Assembly (NCBI GenBank): GCA_017887695.1
Contig: JAGHHM010000071.1
Span: forward strand, 1 to 51,185
Source: Oscillospiraceae bacterium
Lineage (GTDB): Bacteria > Bacillota > Clostridia > Oscillospirales > Oscillospiraceae
Direction of reading: 5' to 3'
DNA: 51,185 nucleotides
The notes under the pieces are model-generated. The model was not told the origin of the DNA. It was given only the letters and a program-made list of their open reading frames with translations, and searched no databases. The position numbers were made by a program, and so were the translations under genes. Shown piece after piece: positions 10,050-18,571 of the stretch. How positions within the stretch are numbered: the first letter of the stretch is position 1; every line of letters starts with the position of its first letter.

Positions 10050-10311
10050 CCGTTATGTAAGAAATGACAGCGGCGTATATCAACGGGTTCCCACCGGCGA
10101 ACCGGAAACGGCAGCATATAACCAATCTTCCGCCCACGGGAAAAATGTCGGAACATCCCTCAACGGCTTTTTCTCACAGATCATGGAAAAACTAAAACTG
10201 GATGATCTGGACACGGGAGATCTGCTTCTGCTGGCTATCCTGTTCCTGCTGTTCCGGGACGGAGAGGATGAGGAGCTTCTCCTGGCTTTGGGACTGCTGC
10301 TGATCCTGTAA
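10042..10311 (+). CDS. hypothetical small membrane protein (89 aa)
   Basis: ORF 10042..10311. Its start overlaps the upstream stop by 8 nt. Leu-rich hydrophobic C-terminus interrupted by an acidic patch (LLLLAILFLLFRDGEDEELLLALGLLLIL). Confidence 0.55.
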   Translation: MYNRYVRNDSGVYQRVPTGEPETAAYNQSSAHGKNVGTSLNGFFSQIMEKLKLDDLDTGDLLLLAILFLLFRDGEDEELLLALGLLLIL

Positions 10312-10349
10312 ACGCACTGCTGCCAACATTGATGATTGCGTACATATTG

Positions 10350-10386
10350 AAAAGCCGCGGCACTCAGAAAAGTGCCGCGGCTTTTG
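10350..10386. terminator. bidirectional intrinsic terminator
   Basis: Stem AAAAGCCGCGGCACT / AGTGCCGCGGCTTTT with A- and T-runs on both sides, between convergent genes. Confidence 0.8.
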
Positions 10387-10421
10387 TGTTGATTTTACAG
10401 CTTTCCGATGGCAGTTCCCGT

Positions 10422-11171
10422 TCAGGACACGTCCCAAACACTCCCATCCGGCAGCAGGAACAGCTCCTCCTCAGGAGCTGCCAGGTTGGTGTCTTCCGCA
10501 GTGAAGCGATACACCAGTTCCCCGTTGCAGCGTCGTTCAGCCTGTTTCAGAAGTCCGCTGGAAACGCTGACCCAATAGCTGCTGGCATAACCATCTGCAT
10601 CTGCACACGTAGCCACGTAGATACAGTTTACCCCTTCAAGCTCCTGATAGTTTGCCTCTGCTATGTCAGACACCGGCAGATCCCGTACGGTTTCATAAGT
10701 CAGCATCCGTTGAGCAATATCCGCAGTGAACTGCTCCGCAGACAATACGGTCCATGTGGTCTCATCATCGTACCACACTGCTGCATTGCCACCAATCACC
10801 AGCATATGGCAAATACTGCCATCAGGAAGCGGGGTATCGATGCGGGTTCTGCCGCCGCTTACGGATACCTGGGAAACAGAAGTGCCGCCGCCACCACTCC
10901 AGAAAGTCTCCACACTCTGCGTTCTGGTGTAAGTAACAGGACGCGAAAGCGTGTTGATGGCAGGTTGTACCGTATCCGGCGTAATCTGCACCACGTCAAG
11001 CCCTTCCGAGGCACCAGTATCTTCGGCGTCCCCGGTATCCACCTGCTCCGCAGGAAGAACAATACCGCCGGATTCGTGGAGGCCACTCTGAGCTAAAACC
11101 AGAACCAGCAGCATCAGCACAATGCTGATGCCCACAATGGAGTAGCTCATTTTCCGCTTGCTCAACCGCAT
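10422..11171 (-). CDS. membrane-anchored hypothetical protein (249 aa)
   Basis: Frame of ORF 10422..11249. ATG at 11171 follows GGAGGAGG. N-terminal TM anchor (SIVGISIVLMLLVLVLA) followed by an extracytoplasmic domain. Last gene of the trpS-tagO-wecB operon. Confidence 0.65.
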   Translation of the reverse strand: MRLSKRKMSYSIVGISIVLMLLVLVLAQSGLHESGGIVLPAEQVDTGDAEDTGASEGLDVVQITPDTVQPAINTLSRPVTYTRTQSVETFWSGGGGTSVSQVSVSGGRTRIDTPLPDGSICHMLVIGGNAAVWYDDETTWTVLSAEQFTADIAQRMLTYETVRDLPVSDIAEANYQELEGVNCIYVATCADADGYASSYWVSVSSGLLKQAERRCNGELVYRFTAEDTNLAAPEEELFLLPDGSVWDVS

Positions 11172-11203
11172 CGCCTCCTCCCCGCCGGTATCCCCTGCAT
11201 TTG

Positions 11204-12349
11204 TCAGGCGTGGAAATCCTCCGGCTTTTCGCCCCGTCCAAAGTGCCACAGGATCGCATCCGCAATCCGGCGGCAGGCCTCTCCATCACCGTAGGGATTG
11301 ACCGCGTGGGCCATGGCAGCATAGGCCTGAGGATCCGTGATCAAACTATGGGCCATAGTCAGGATATCTTCCTTGGCTACCCCTGCCAGCTTAACCGTAC
11401 CTGCCTCTACCGCCTCAGGCCGCTCTGTTTCCCGGCGCAATACCAGCACCGGCTTACCCAGAGCAGGGGCCTCCTCCTGGAGACCGCCGGAATCCGTCAG
11501 CACCAGGTAGCAGCGGGCCATCAGATTGTGCATTTCATCTGCCGCCAACGGATCGATGAGATGTACGTTTTCAATCCCATCCAGATGCCGGTGGGCACAT
11601 TCCTGAACCACAGGGCTAAGATGCACAGGATACACCAGCTCCACATCCTCATGGGTGCGGGCAATTTCTGCCAGGGCGGACATGATGTCCTCCATGGGCT
11701 GGCCGTAGTTTTCCCGACGGTGGCAGGTAACAAGAAGAATCTTTTTGCTGTCATAGGGCAGCTGATTGAGAATTTCGGTTGTAAAGTGGTAATCCTTGCG
11801 TACCGTTGTTTTTAAAGCGTCAATCACCGTATTTCCGGTAATAAACACCTCACCGGATACATTTTCACGTTCCAGATTGCGGCGATTGTTCTCCGTGGGG
11901 CAGAAATAGAGGTCCGCAATAGCGGTGACCAATTTGCGGTTCATTTCCTCCGGGAAGGGGGAATACTTATCATAGGTCCGCAATCCCGCCTCCACGTGTC
12001 CTACGGGAACCTTATGATAAAACGCAGACAGAGCCCCGGCGAAGGTAGTTGAAGTATCCCCGTGAACCAATATCATATCCGGCTTCAGGGTATCAATGGC
12101 CTCATCCATACCAAGGAGACATTTGCTGGTAATGGTGCTGAGGGTCTGCCGGGGAGTCATGATATCCAGATCCCAGTCAGGCTTGAGATCAAAGACCTCC
12201 AGTACGCTGTCCAGCATCTCGCGGTGCTGGGCGGTAACGCAGCAAATAGAGGTTACACCCTCCCGGGAGGCCAGCTCTTTTACCAGGGGTGCCATCTTGA
12301 TTGCCTCAGGGCGAGTACCGAATACGCTCATGACACGCAGGTTATTCAT
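11204..12349 (-). CDS. wecB: UDP-N-acetylglucosamine 2-epimerase (non-hydrolysing)
   Basis: ORF 11204..12349. N-terminus MSVFGTRPEAIKMAPL and the family-typical HVEAGLRT and DSGGLQEEAP motifs. Confidence 0.92.
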   Translation of the reverse strand: MNNLRVMSVFGTRPEAIKMAPLVKELASREGVTSICCVTAQHREMLDSVLEVFDLKPDWDLDIMTPRQTLSTITSKCLLGMDEAIDTLKPDMILVHGDTSTTFAGALSAFYHKVPVGHVEAGLRTYDKYSPFPEEMNRKLVTAIADLYFCPTENNRRNLERENVSGEVFITGNTVIDALKTTVRKDYHFTTEILNQLPYDSKKILLVTCHRRENYGQPMEDIMSALAEIARTHEDVELVYPVHLSPVVQECAHRHLDGIENVHLIDPLAADEMHNLMARCYLVLTDSGGLQEEAPALGKPVLVLRRETERPEAVEAGTVKLAGVAKEDILTMAHSLITDPQAYAAMAHAVNPYGDGEACRRIADAILWHFGRGEKPEDFHA

Positions 12350-13500
12350 TATTTTCCTGCCTCCTTATGGTTGTCTTTGGGCGGTTCCGCAGCAGAAGGA
12401 CTGCTTTCTCCCTGCGCAGCATGATCTGCGCCGTGGCTGCACTCCTCTTTCTTGTGGTGATCGTGGGGATAGCGGGCAATTCTGGCTACTGTAATAGCCA
12501 CTCCCACCAAGGCGGCGATTGACAAAATCACCTTGATGTAGCCGCTGGTAACAATCATCACGGCACAAAGGCCCAGCACGCCTGCCACCATATACAGCGT
12601 GGCCACAGCCTGCTTCTGATTCATACCCATATCAATGAGCTTGTGATGGGTGTGACTGCGGTCTGCCTTCATGGGATTTTGCCCCTTCAGGATTCGCCGG
12701 GTAAAGGCAGAGGCTGTATCAAAAATGGGAAAGCCCAGGATAATGAAGGGAACAATAAAGGAAATCACCGCATAGAGCTTGAAAAGACCGATCACGGACA
12801 CCGTCGCCAGCATATACCCCAGGAAAGTGGACCCAGTATCCCCCATAAAGATCTTGGCGGGATTGCGGTTATAGGGAATAAAGCCCACACAGGCGCCCAC
12901 CAGGGCCGCCGTAATCACCGCAATCTCAAGATCCCCCATCATCAACGCAATGATCAGCATGGTAAGGGCCCCAATAGTGGACACGCCGTCAGCCAGGCCA
13001 TCCAGACCATCGATGAGGTTAACGCTGTTGGTCACTGCCACAATCCAGATTACTGTGATAGGAACAGCCCAGATCCCAAAGTTCCAGTAAGGAGTATCTG
13101 TAAAGAAGAGAGGGTTTGCAATGGTTTGGATAACGACACCATGCCACACGGCAATCAGAGCGGAAACAATCTGAAGAATAAACTTTACGCCGGCTCCCAG
13201 AGGATGGCCATCATCCACCACACCTACTGCCACAATAATGCAGGCACCGATGAGGATGCCCCGCAGAGAGCGGTCCACGTCGGCAAAGAGAAGAATGCTG
13301 ACCACACAGCCGATGAAAATAGCAAGGCCGCCCATTCGGGGGATGGGGTGGTCGTGCATACGGCGGTTATCCTTAGGCACGTCCACCGCACCCATTTTAT
13401 AGGCCAGCTTTTTGACCAGAGGCGTGGCAATAAAGCTGATGAGCATGGCCACACCCAGAGCCAGAATAACAGGAAGAATATCTTCACGTTCGAACATCAT
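12349..13500 (-). CDS. tagO: glycosyltransferase family 4 (WecA/TagO-type UDP-GlcNAc:undecaprenyl-phosphate GlcNAc-1-P transferase)
   Basis: ORF 12349..13500. Polytopic, with MraY/WecA motifs (NSVNLIDGLDGLA, IFMGDTGS). 1-nt stop/start overlap with wecB. Has a His- and charge-rich C-terminal tail. Confidence 0.88.
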   Translation of the reverse strand: MMFEREDILPVILALGVAMLISFIATPLVKKLAYKMGAVDVPKDNRRMHDHPIPRMGGLAIFIGCVVSILLFADVDRSLRGILIGACIIVAVGVVDDGHPLGAGVKFILQIVSALIAVWHGVVIQTIANPLFFTDTPYWNFGIWAVPITVIWIVAVTNSVNLIDGLDGLADGVSTIGALTMLIIALMMGDLEIAVITAALVGACVGFIPYNRNPAKIFMGDTGSTFLGYMLATVSVIGLFKLYAVISFIVPFIILGFPIFDTASAFTRRILKGQNPMKADRSHTHHKLIDMGMNQKQAVATLYMVAGVLGLCAVMIVTSGYIKVILSIAALVGVAITVARIARYPHDHHKKEECSHGADHAAQGESSPSAAEPPKDNHKEAGK

Positions 13501-13518
13501 GACACCCTTGCCTCCCTG

Positions 13519-14523
13519 TTACCGTGCGACAAAACCGATCTTCTTGTAGACCTTGCGCAGGGTCTTCTCCGCCACATAGGAGGCCCTTTCTGCGCCAGCG
13601 CGGTAGACGCTCTCCAGATAAGCCTTGTCCGACATGATGCGGGAGGCCTCCTCTCGGATGGGACGCAGAGTCTCCACCACAGCCTCGCCCACGGCGGGCT
13701 TGAATTTTCCGTAACCCTGACCGGCAAACTCCGCCTCGATCTCATCGAAGGACTTGCCGGTAACAGCGGCATAAATGGCCATGAGATTGGCCACGCCGGG
13801 CTTATTGACCGGATCATAGCGAACACAGTTTTCCGTGTCACTGTCAGTGACCGCCCGCTTGAACTTACGCTGAATATCCTCAGGCTTCTCCATAAGATAA
13901 ATGGAGCCGGCAGGATCCTTGTCCGACTTGGACATCTTGGAGAGCGGATCGCTCAGGCTCATGATCCGGGCTCCCACCTTGGGAATATAGGGTTCGGGCA
14001 CCTTGAACACATCGCCGTAAATGCCGTTGAACCGCTGGGCCACGTCCCGGGTCAGCTCGCAGTGCTGCTTCTGATCCTCTCCCACAGGAACATAGTCCGG
14101 CTGGTAGAGAAGAATATCCGCCGCCATAAGAGCGGGATAGGTGAAAAGGCCGCCGTTGATGTTGTCCTTATTCTTGGCAGACTTATCCTTAAACTGAGTC
14201 ATCCGGCTGAGTTCACCGAACATGGTGTAGCAGTTGAGGACCCAGCCCAACTCCGCATGCTGGTGGACATGGGATTGAATGAAGAGGGTGTTCTTTTCCG
14301 GATCCAGGCCACAGGCGATGTACTGAGCCAGCTGCTCCAGTGTCCGCCGACGCAGCGCCGCAGGGTCCTGACGGACAGTGATGGAGTGCATATCCGCCAT
14401 AAAATAGTAACAGTCAAACGACTCGGCCCGCTCCGCCCAGTTCTTGATGGCCCCCAGGTAGGAACCCAGGGTTAAATCACCGCTTGGCTGGATGCCGGAG
14501 AGCATGACCTTTTTCTCGTCCAT
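13519..14523 (-). CDS. trpS: tryptophan--tRNA ligase
   Basis: Frame of ORF 13519..14580. ATG at 14523 follows AAAGGAG. KMSKS motif (LSKMSKSD) and a TrpRS-like N-terminus GIQPSGDLTLGSYLGA. Confidence 0.93.
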   Translation of the reverse strand: MDEKKVMLSGIQPSGDLTLGSYLGAIKNWAERAESFDCYYFMADMHSITVRQDPAALRRRTLEQLAQYIACGLDPEKNTLFIQSHVHQHAELGWVLNCYTMFGELSRMTQFKDKSAKNKDNINGGLFTYPALMAADILLYQPDYVPVGEDQKQHCELTRDVAQRFNGIYGDVFKVPEPYIPKVGARIMSLSDPLSKMSKSDKDPAGSIYLMEKPEDIQRKFKRAVTDSDTENCVRYDPVNKPGVANLMAIYAAVTGKSFDEIEAEFAGQGYGKFKPAVGEAVVETLRPIREEASRIMSDKAYLESVYRAGAERASYVAEKTLRKVYKKIGFVAR

Positions 14524-14664
14524 ATTTCTCTTTGCTCCTTTGTTTATGATGATCGCTTTTGCGCAGCTATCCATTAGCAACCTATTGTACCATATGTCCC
14601 GCCAATTGACAACTGCATTCCCAAGATTTTAGACGGATTGATGGCAGGATTTGTTTCCTCGGCC

Positions 14665-14694
14665 TTGACCCTCCCCCCTGTCATTTGGTATAAT
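14665..14694 (+). promoter_or_regulatory. sigma-A type promoter for gltX
   Basis: TTGACC (14665-14670), 18-nt spacer, TGgTATAAT extended -10 (TATAAT at 14689-14694). Confidence 0.6.
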
Positions 14695-14735
14695 AAACCG
14701 ACATTTAGGAAACCAACATCATGGAGGATACTGAA

Positions 14736-16226
14736 ATGGCTCTTGATATGACATATTTTGCGGACATGGAGGCAAAAATCCCCCACGGCAAGGTCCGTAC
14801 CCGCTTTGCCCCCTCCCCCACCGGCTATATGCATGTGGGCAATCTCCGCACCGCCCTGTACACCTGGCTGATTGCCCGCAACGCCGGCGGCACCTTCATC
14901 CTGCGCATTGAGGATACCGACCAGGGCCGCCTGGTAGAAGGCGCTACCGATGTTATTTACCGCACTATGGCTGAGTGTGGCCTGGATCATGACGAAGGTC
15001 CTGATGTGGGCGGCCCCGTGGCCCCCTATATCCAGTCCCAGCGCCGGGATACCTATGGTCACTACGCCCGTTTGCTGGTAGAAAAGGGACATGCCTACTA
15101 CTGCTTCTGTGAAAAGACAGAGAGTGAGGAGGACAGCGGCGACTTTAACCGCGCCGCCGACCCCTGCCGGGAACTGGATCCCGCCGTCGCCCAGGCCCGA
15201 GTAGACGCCGGAGAACCCTATGTAATCCGCCAGAAGATTCCTGCCTGCGGCACCACCACCTTCCACGATGCCATTTTCGGCGATATTACCGTGGATAACG
15301 ACACCCTGGATGACCAGATCCTTATCAAGCGGGATGGCCTGCCCACCTACAACTTTGCCAACGTGATTGACGATCACCTTATGGGTATCACCCATGTCGT
15401 CCGTGGCAGTGAGTACCTCAGCAGCGCCCCCAAGTATAACCTCCTTTATGAGGCCTTTGGCTGGGAGGTTCCCACTTACGTCCACTGCTCCCCTGTTATG
15501 CGGGACGCCCACAACAAGATGTCCAAGCGCCATGGTGATCCCTCCTATGAGGATCTCAAGGCCCAGGGCTATCTTACGGAGGCAATTCTCAACTATGTAG
15601 CTCTTCTGGGTTGGAGTCCTCGGGGTGACAAGGCGGAGCAGGAGGTGTTCTCCCTGAAGGAACTGGCTGAGGTGTTCGATATCACCGGCATCTCCAAGTC
15701 TCCTGCCATTTTCGATATTGAAAAGCTTACCCATTTTAACGCCCTCTATCTGCGGGCTATGACGCCCGAGGCCTTTGCCGCCACCGCAGAGCCTTATATC
15801 CGTCAGACGGTGAAAAATCCCACGCTGGATACCGCCGCTATTGCCGCGCTTCTCCAGGCACGCTGTGAGCGGCTGACGGATATTCCTGAAAAAGTGGCCT
15901 TTTTCGAGACTCTTCCTGAATATGACAAAGACCTCTTTACCAACAAGAAGTCCAAGACCAATGACCAGGTAGCTCTGGCCATGCTGGAGGCTGCCATCCC
16001 TATGCTGGAAGCCCTGCCTGCGTGGACTACTGACGCCATTCACGACGGTCTTATCGCCCTGGCAGAAAGGCTGGAGGTGAAAAACGCCACCCTGATGTGG
16101 CCGGTGCGGATTGCCGCAGCCGGTCAGGCGGTCACTCCGGGCGGCGCGGTGGAGATCTGCGCCATCCTGGGCCGTGAGGAGTGCCTGCGCCGTCTTACCC
16201 TGGGCCTGGAGAAGCTGAAGGCATGA
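14736..16226 (+). CDS. gltX: glutamate--tRNA ligase
   Basis: Frame of ORF 14721..16226. ATG at 14736 lies 7 nt after GGAGGA. RFAPSPTGYMHVGNLRTAL (HIGH) and KMSKRHG (KMSKS) motifs. Confidence 0.93.
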   Translation: MALDMTYFADMEAKIPHGKVRTRFAPSPTGYMHVGNLRTALYTWLIARNAGGTFILRIEDTDQGRLVEGATDVIYRTMAECGLDHDEGPDVGGPVAPYIQSQRRDTYGHYARLLVEKGHAYYCFCEKTESEEDSGDFNRAADPCRELDPAVAQARVDAGEPYVIRQKIPACGTTTFHDAIFGDITVDNDTLDDQILIKRDGLPTYNFANVIDDHLMGITHVVRGSEYLSSAPKYNLLYEAFGWEVPTYVHCSPVMRDAHNKMSKRHGDPSYEDLKAQGYLTEAILNYVALLGWSPRGDKAEQEVFSLKELAEVFDITGISKSPAIFDIEKLTHFNALYLRAMTPEAFAATAEPYIRQTVKNPTLDTAAIAALLQARCERLTDIPEKVAFFETLPEYDKDLFTNKKSKTNDQVALAMLEAAIPMLEALPAWTTDAIHDGLIALAERLEVKNATLMWPVRIAAAGQAVTPGGAVEICAILGREECLRRLTLGLEKLKA

Positions 16227-16846
16227 ACGCGCTGAAAGAGCAGTTGTCCCTGTTGGGGCAATTCCTGCGGACAGATTTCCGCAAAGTCTTTATCGGCTGT
16301 CTTCTGGCCATGGCTCTTGCCATTGTTCTGGGCTTTGTTGTCGGCAGCCTCTCGCCGGAGACCGTGAACACAGTACTGGAGCAGTTCATGGCTATGGTGG
16401 AGGACGCAGGTATTATGGACAGCGACGGCAATATCTCCCCCTTTGGCCTTCTCACCAATAACTGGTCTGCCATGCTGCTGGCGGTGGTATACGGCTTTGT
16501 TCCCTTCCTGTTCCTCCCCGCCATCAGCATCGTATCCAACGGGTTGCTGATCGGCCTTCTGGCCGCGTGGTACCACGGTAACGGCATATCCATGGGGCTA
16601 TATCTGGCTGGGATCCTGCCCCACGGCATCTTTGAGCTTCCGGCGCTGGTAATTGCCGCAGCCTGCGGTGTATGCCTGTGCCGCAATATGAGCCGGATCG
16701 TTACCAGCAGCCCCCGGCGCGTCCCTATGGTGGAGCTACTTAGCAATCTGCTGCGGGTTCTCCTCTTCCTGGTCATGCCGATGACGGTAGTCGCCGCTTT
16801 CCTGGAGGCGTATGTGACCCCCATCGTTATGGCGCTGTTTCTGTGA
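16223..16846 (+). CDS. spoIIM: stage II sporulation protein M
   Basis: Frame of ORF 16181..16846. ATG at 16223 overlaps the gltX stop (ATGA). Polytopic, with the SpoIIM/DUF95 signature ILPHGIFELPA. Confidence 0.8.
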   Translation: MNALKEQLSLLGQFLRTDFRKVFIGCLLAMALAIVLGFVVGSLSPETVNTVLEQFMAMVEDAGIMDSDGNISPFGLLTNNWSAMLLAVVYGFVPFLFLPAISIVSNGLLIGLLAAWYHGNGISMGLYLAGILPHGIFELPALVIAAACGVCLCRNMSRIVTSSPRRVPMVELLSNLLRVLLFLVMPMTVVAAFLEAYVTPIVMALFL

Positions 16847-16857
16847 GGTCTGCCTTT

Positions 16858-18291
16858 ATGAAAAAAACCTATGTCACCACCATGCCGGATCATGTCGGCG
16901 CCTTTCTCAAAGCCAGCCGTGCCATGGCTGCCCTGGGGCTGAACATTACACGGGTAAGCTACAACAAAGCGATCGACACCCATACCTTATTTATTGAGGC
17001 GGATGGAGAGCCGGAACGGCTGGAGCTGGCCACGGAGGAGCTGCGAAAAATCGGATATCTTCAAAGCGGCGGAACGCACAGTGCGGTCCTTCTGGTGGAA
17101 TTCAAGCTGCGGGATATTCCCGGCGGCGTATCCGGTATTTTGGAGCTCATCGCCAAATACCATTTTAACATCTCCTATCTCAGTTCCCAGACAGACGGCA
17201 GCGGTTGGCAGATGTTCAAAATGGGCCTTTTCGTGGAAAAGCCGGAGCAGTTCTCTCATTTCCTCCACGCGGCTTCCCGGCTGTGTCCGGTCAGGGTTTT
17301 GGATTATGACAAAGGGGAAAAAATCCTGGACAACAGCATTTTCTATATTTCTTTTGCCAGTGAGCTGGCGGAGCAGATGGGACTGGGCCAGGAGAGCCGG
17401 ACAGATCTTATCATCAATGCCAACCTCATCATGCAGATGCTGGATGAGAGGAACAAGCCCTTTCACAAGACTTTTGACTATATCCGTGGTTTTGCAGAAG
17501 CCCTGGCTACCCATCGGGGCGCCGCATTTGCGCCCCGGATCACCGAGTATCCCATGGGAGATGATCTCCATATTACCCTGATTGAGCCTCCCTGCGGCAG
17601 TAATGTCTGTATTCTCCGCCATCAGGGCATGTATCTGTTTATCGATACCGGCTACGCCTGCTACCGGCAGGAGATGCTGTCGCTGCTACGCTCGCTGATT
17701 CCAGACTTTGACAGCTGCCGAAAGGCCGCTTTTGTCACCCATGCAGATGTGGACCACTGCGGTCTTCTGGATCTCTTTTCTACGGTTTATCTCAGCAAAA
17801 AAAGTCAGGATTCCCTGATTATGGAGCGTGAGGTCGGCGGCGGGTTCCGGGAACAGAACCCCCTTCATGCCCCATATATCCGCATCTGCAAAATTCTCAC
17901 TTCCTACCAGCCTCCTCGCCCTGAAATTCTGCAGGTCATCGGCGGAACCTCCGCGCGTTTGTCACAGCCCCTGGAACCCATTGGCAGCTGGTCCTTTGGG
18001 ACACTGGAGTTTGAGGTATACGAGGGACAGGGCGGCCACCTGCCTGGTGAATCGGTACTTGTGGAGCGTCAGCATCACCTGGCCTTTACCGGGGATATTT
18101 TTATCAATATTCACGGCATGACACAGGAGCAGACCTTCTATAACCATTACGCTCCCTATCTTATGACAAGCGTAGATACTGACAGTGCGCTGTGCGCTTT
18201 GGAGCGTCAGTCCCTGCCTGGAATTTTTGGCTCTGGGGATTGGCATGTATTTGGCGGTCACGGCCAGCTGAAAGAGCTCTCTCTCCCCTAA
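16858..18291 (+). CDS. ACT-domain / MBL-fold metallo-hydrolase fusion protein
   Basis: Frame of ORF 16843..18291, with ATG at 16858. The N-terminal ~150 aa look like tandem ACT-like folds. The C-terminal MBL fold has THADVDHCG (a variant of HxHxDH) and a distal GGHG. Confidence 0.7.
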   Translation: MKKTYVTTMPDHVGAFLKASRAMAALGLNITRVSYNKAIDTHTLFIEADGEPERLELATEELRKIGYLQSGGTHSAVLLVEFKLRDIPGGVSGILELIAKYHFNISYLSSQTDGSGWQMFKMGLFVEKPEQFSHFLHAASRLCPVRVLDYDKGEKILDNSIFYISFASELAEQMGLGQESRTDLIINANLIMQMLDERNKPFHKTFDYIRGFAEALATHRGAAFAPRITEYPMGDDLHITLIEPPCGSNVCILRHQGMYLFIDTGYACYRQEMLSLLRSLIPDFDSCRKAAFVTHADVDHCGLLDLFSTVYLSKKSQDSLIMEREVGGGFREQNPLHAPYIRICKILTSYQPPRPEILQVIGGTSARLSQPLEPIGSWSFGTLEFEVYEGQGGHLPGESVLVERQHHLAFTGDIFINIHGMTQEQTFYNHYAPYLMTSVDTDSALCALERQSLPGIFGSGDWHVFGGHGQLKELSLP

Positions 18292-18381
18292 TTTCTTTCT
18301 GCCTTCGATTTCCTAAGGGAACTTTTTTGTCACAGGTTGCGTCTTAAGGAATGAAAGCATTCCAGAAGCGAGGTAGCATAT

Positions 18382-18468
18382 ATGACAAAGAAAGATTCCG
18401 TTCTCCTTGCCAAAGAGGTACTGTCTGTTCTGCTGGCAGCTGCTATGCTGCTGGCTTCTCAGATTTGA
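18382..18468 (+). CDS. candidate 28-aa hydrophobic peptide (MTKKDSVLLAKEVLSVLLAAAMLLASQI)
   Basis: Below the ORF-track cut-off. ATG lies 7 nt after GAGGT (18370-18374). Followed about 50 nt later by the hairpin at 18518-18547. Confidence 0.3.
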   Translation: MTKKDSVLLAKEVLSVLLAAAMLLASQI

Positions 18469-18517
18469 ATTCCCTTTGTCGTCATCAGGAAATCTATTTC
18501 AACAGAATCAATATAAA

Positions 18518-18547
18518 AGCGTGCCAGACCATGTTGTCTGGCACGCT
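18518..18547. terminator. bidirectional intrinsic terminator
   Basis: 12-bp stem AGCGTGCCAGAC / GTCTGGCACGCT, flanked by ATATAAA upstream and TTTCTTTG downstream. Lies 25 nt beyond the stop of the minus-strand GGDEF/EAL gene. Confidence 0.75.
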
Positions 18548-18571
18548 TTCTTTGTCAGCCTCCCATTTCTC

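Noticed and set aside
12349-12480. His- and charge-rich C-terminal tail of TagO (HDHHKKEECSHGADH...) as a metal-binding module
   Set aside because: It is a short low-complexity tail with no defined motif. It is more likely a disordered cytoplasmic extension and does not merit a finding.
12643-16043. Long ORFs 12643..14475 (+) and 14574..16043 (-), antisense to tagO/trpS and gltX
   Set aside because: Both lie opposite genes with clear catalytic motifs. The translations are His/Gly/Arg-rich with no recognisable domains or RBS.
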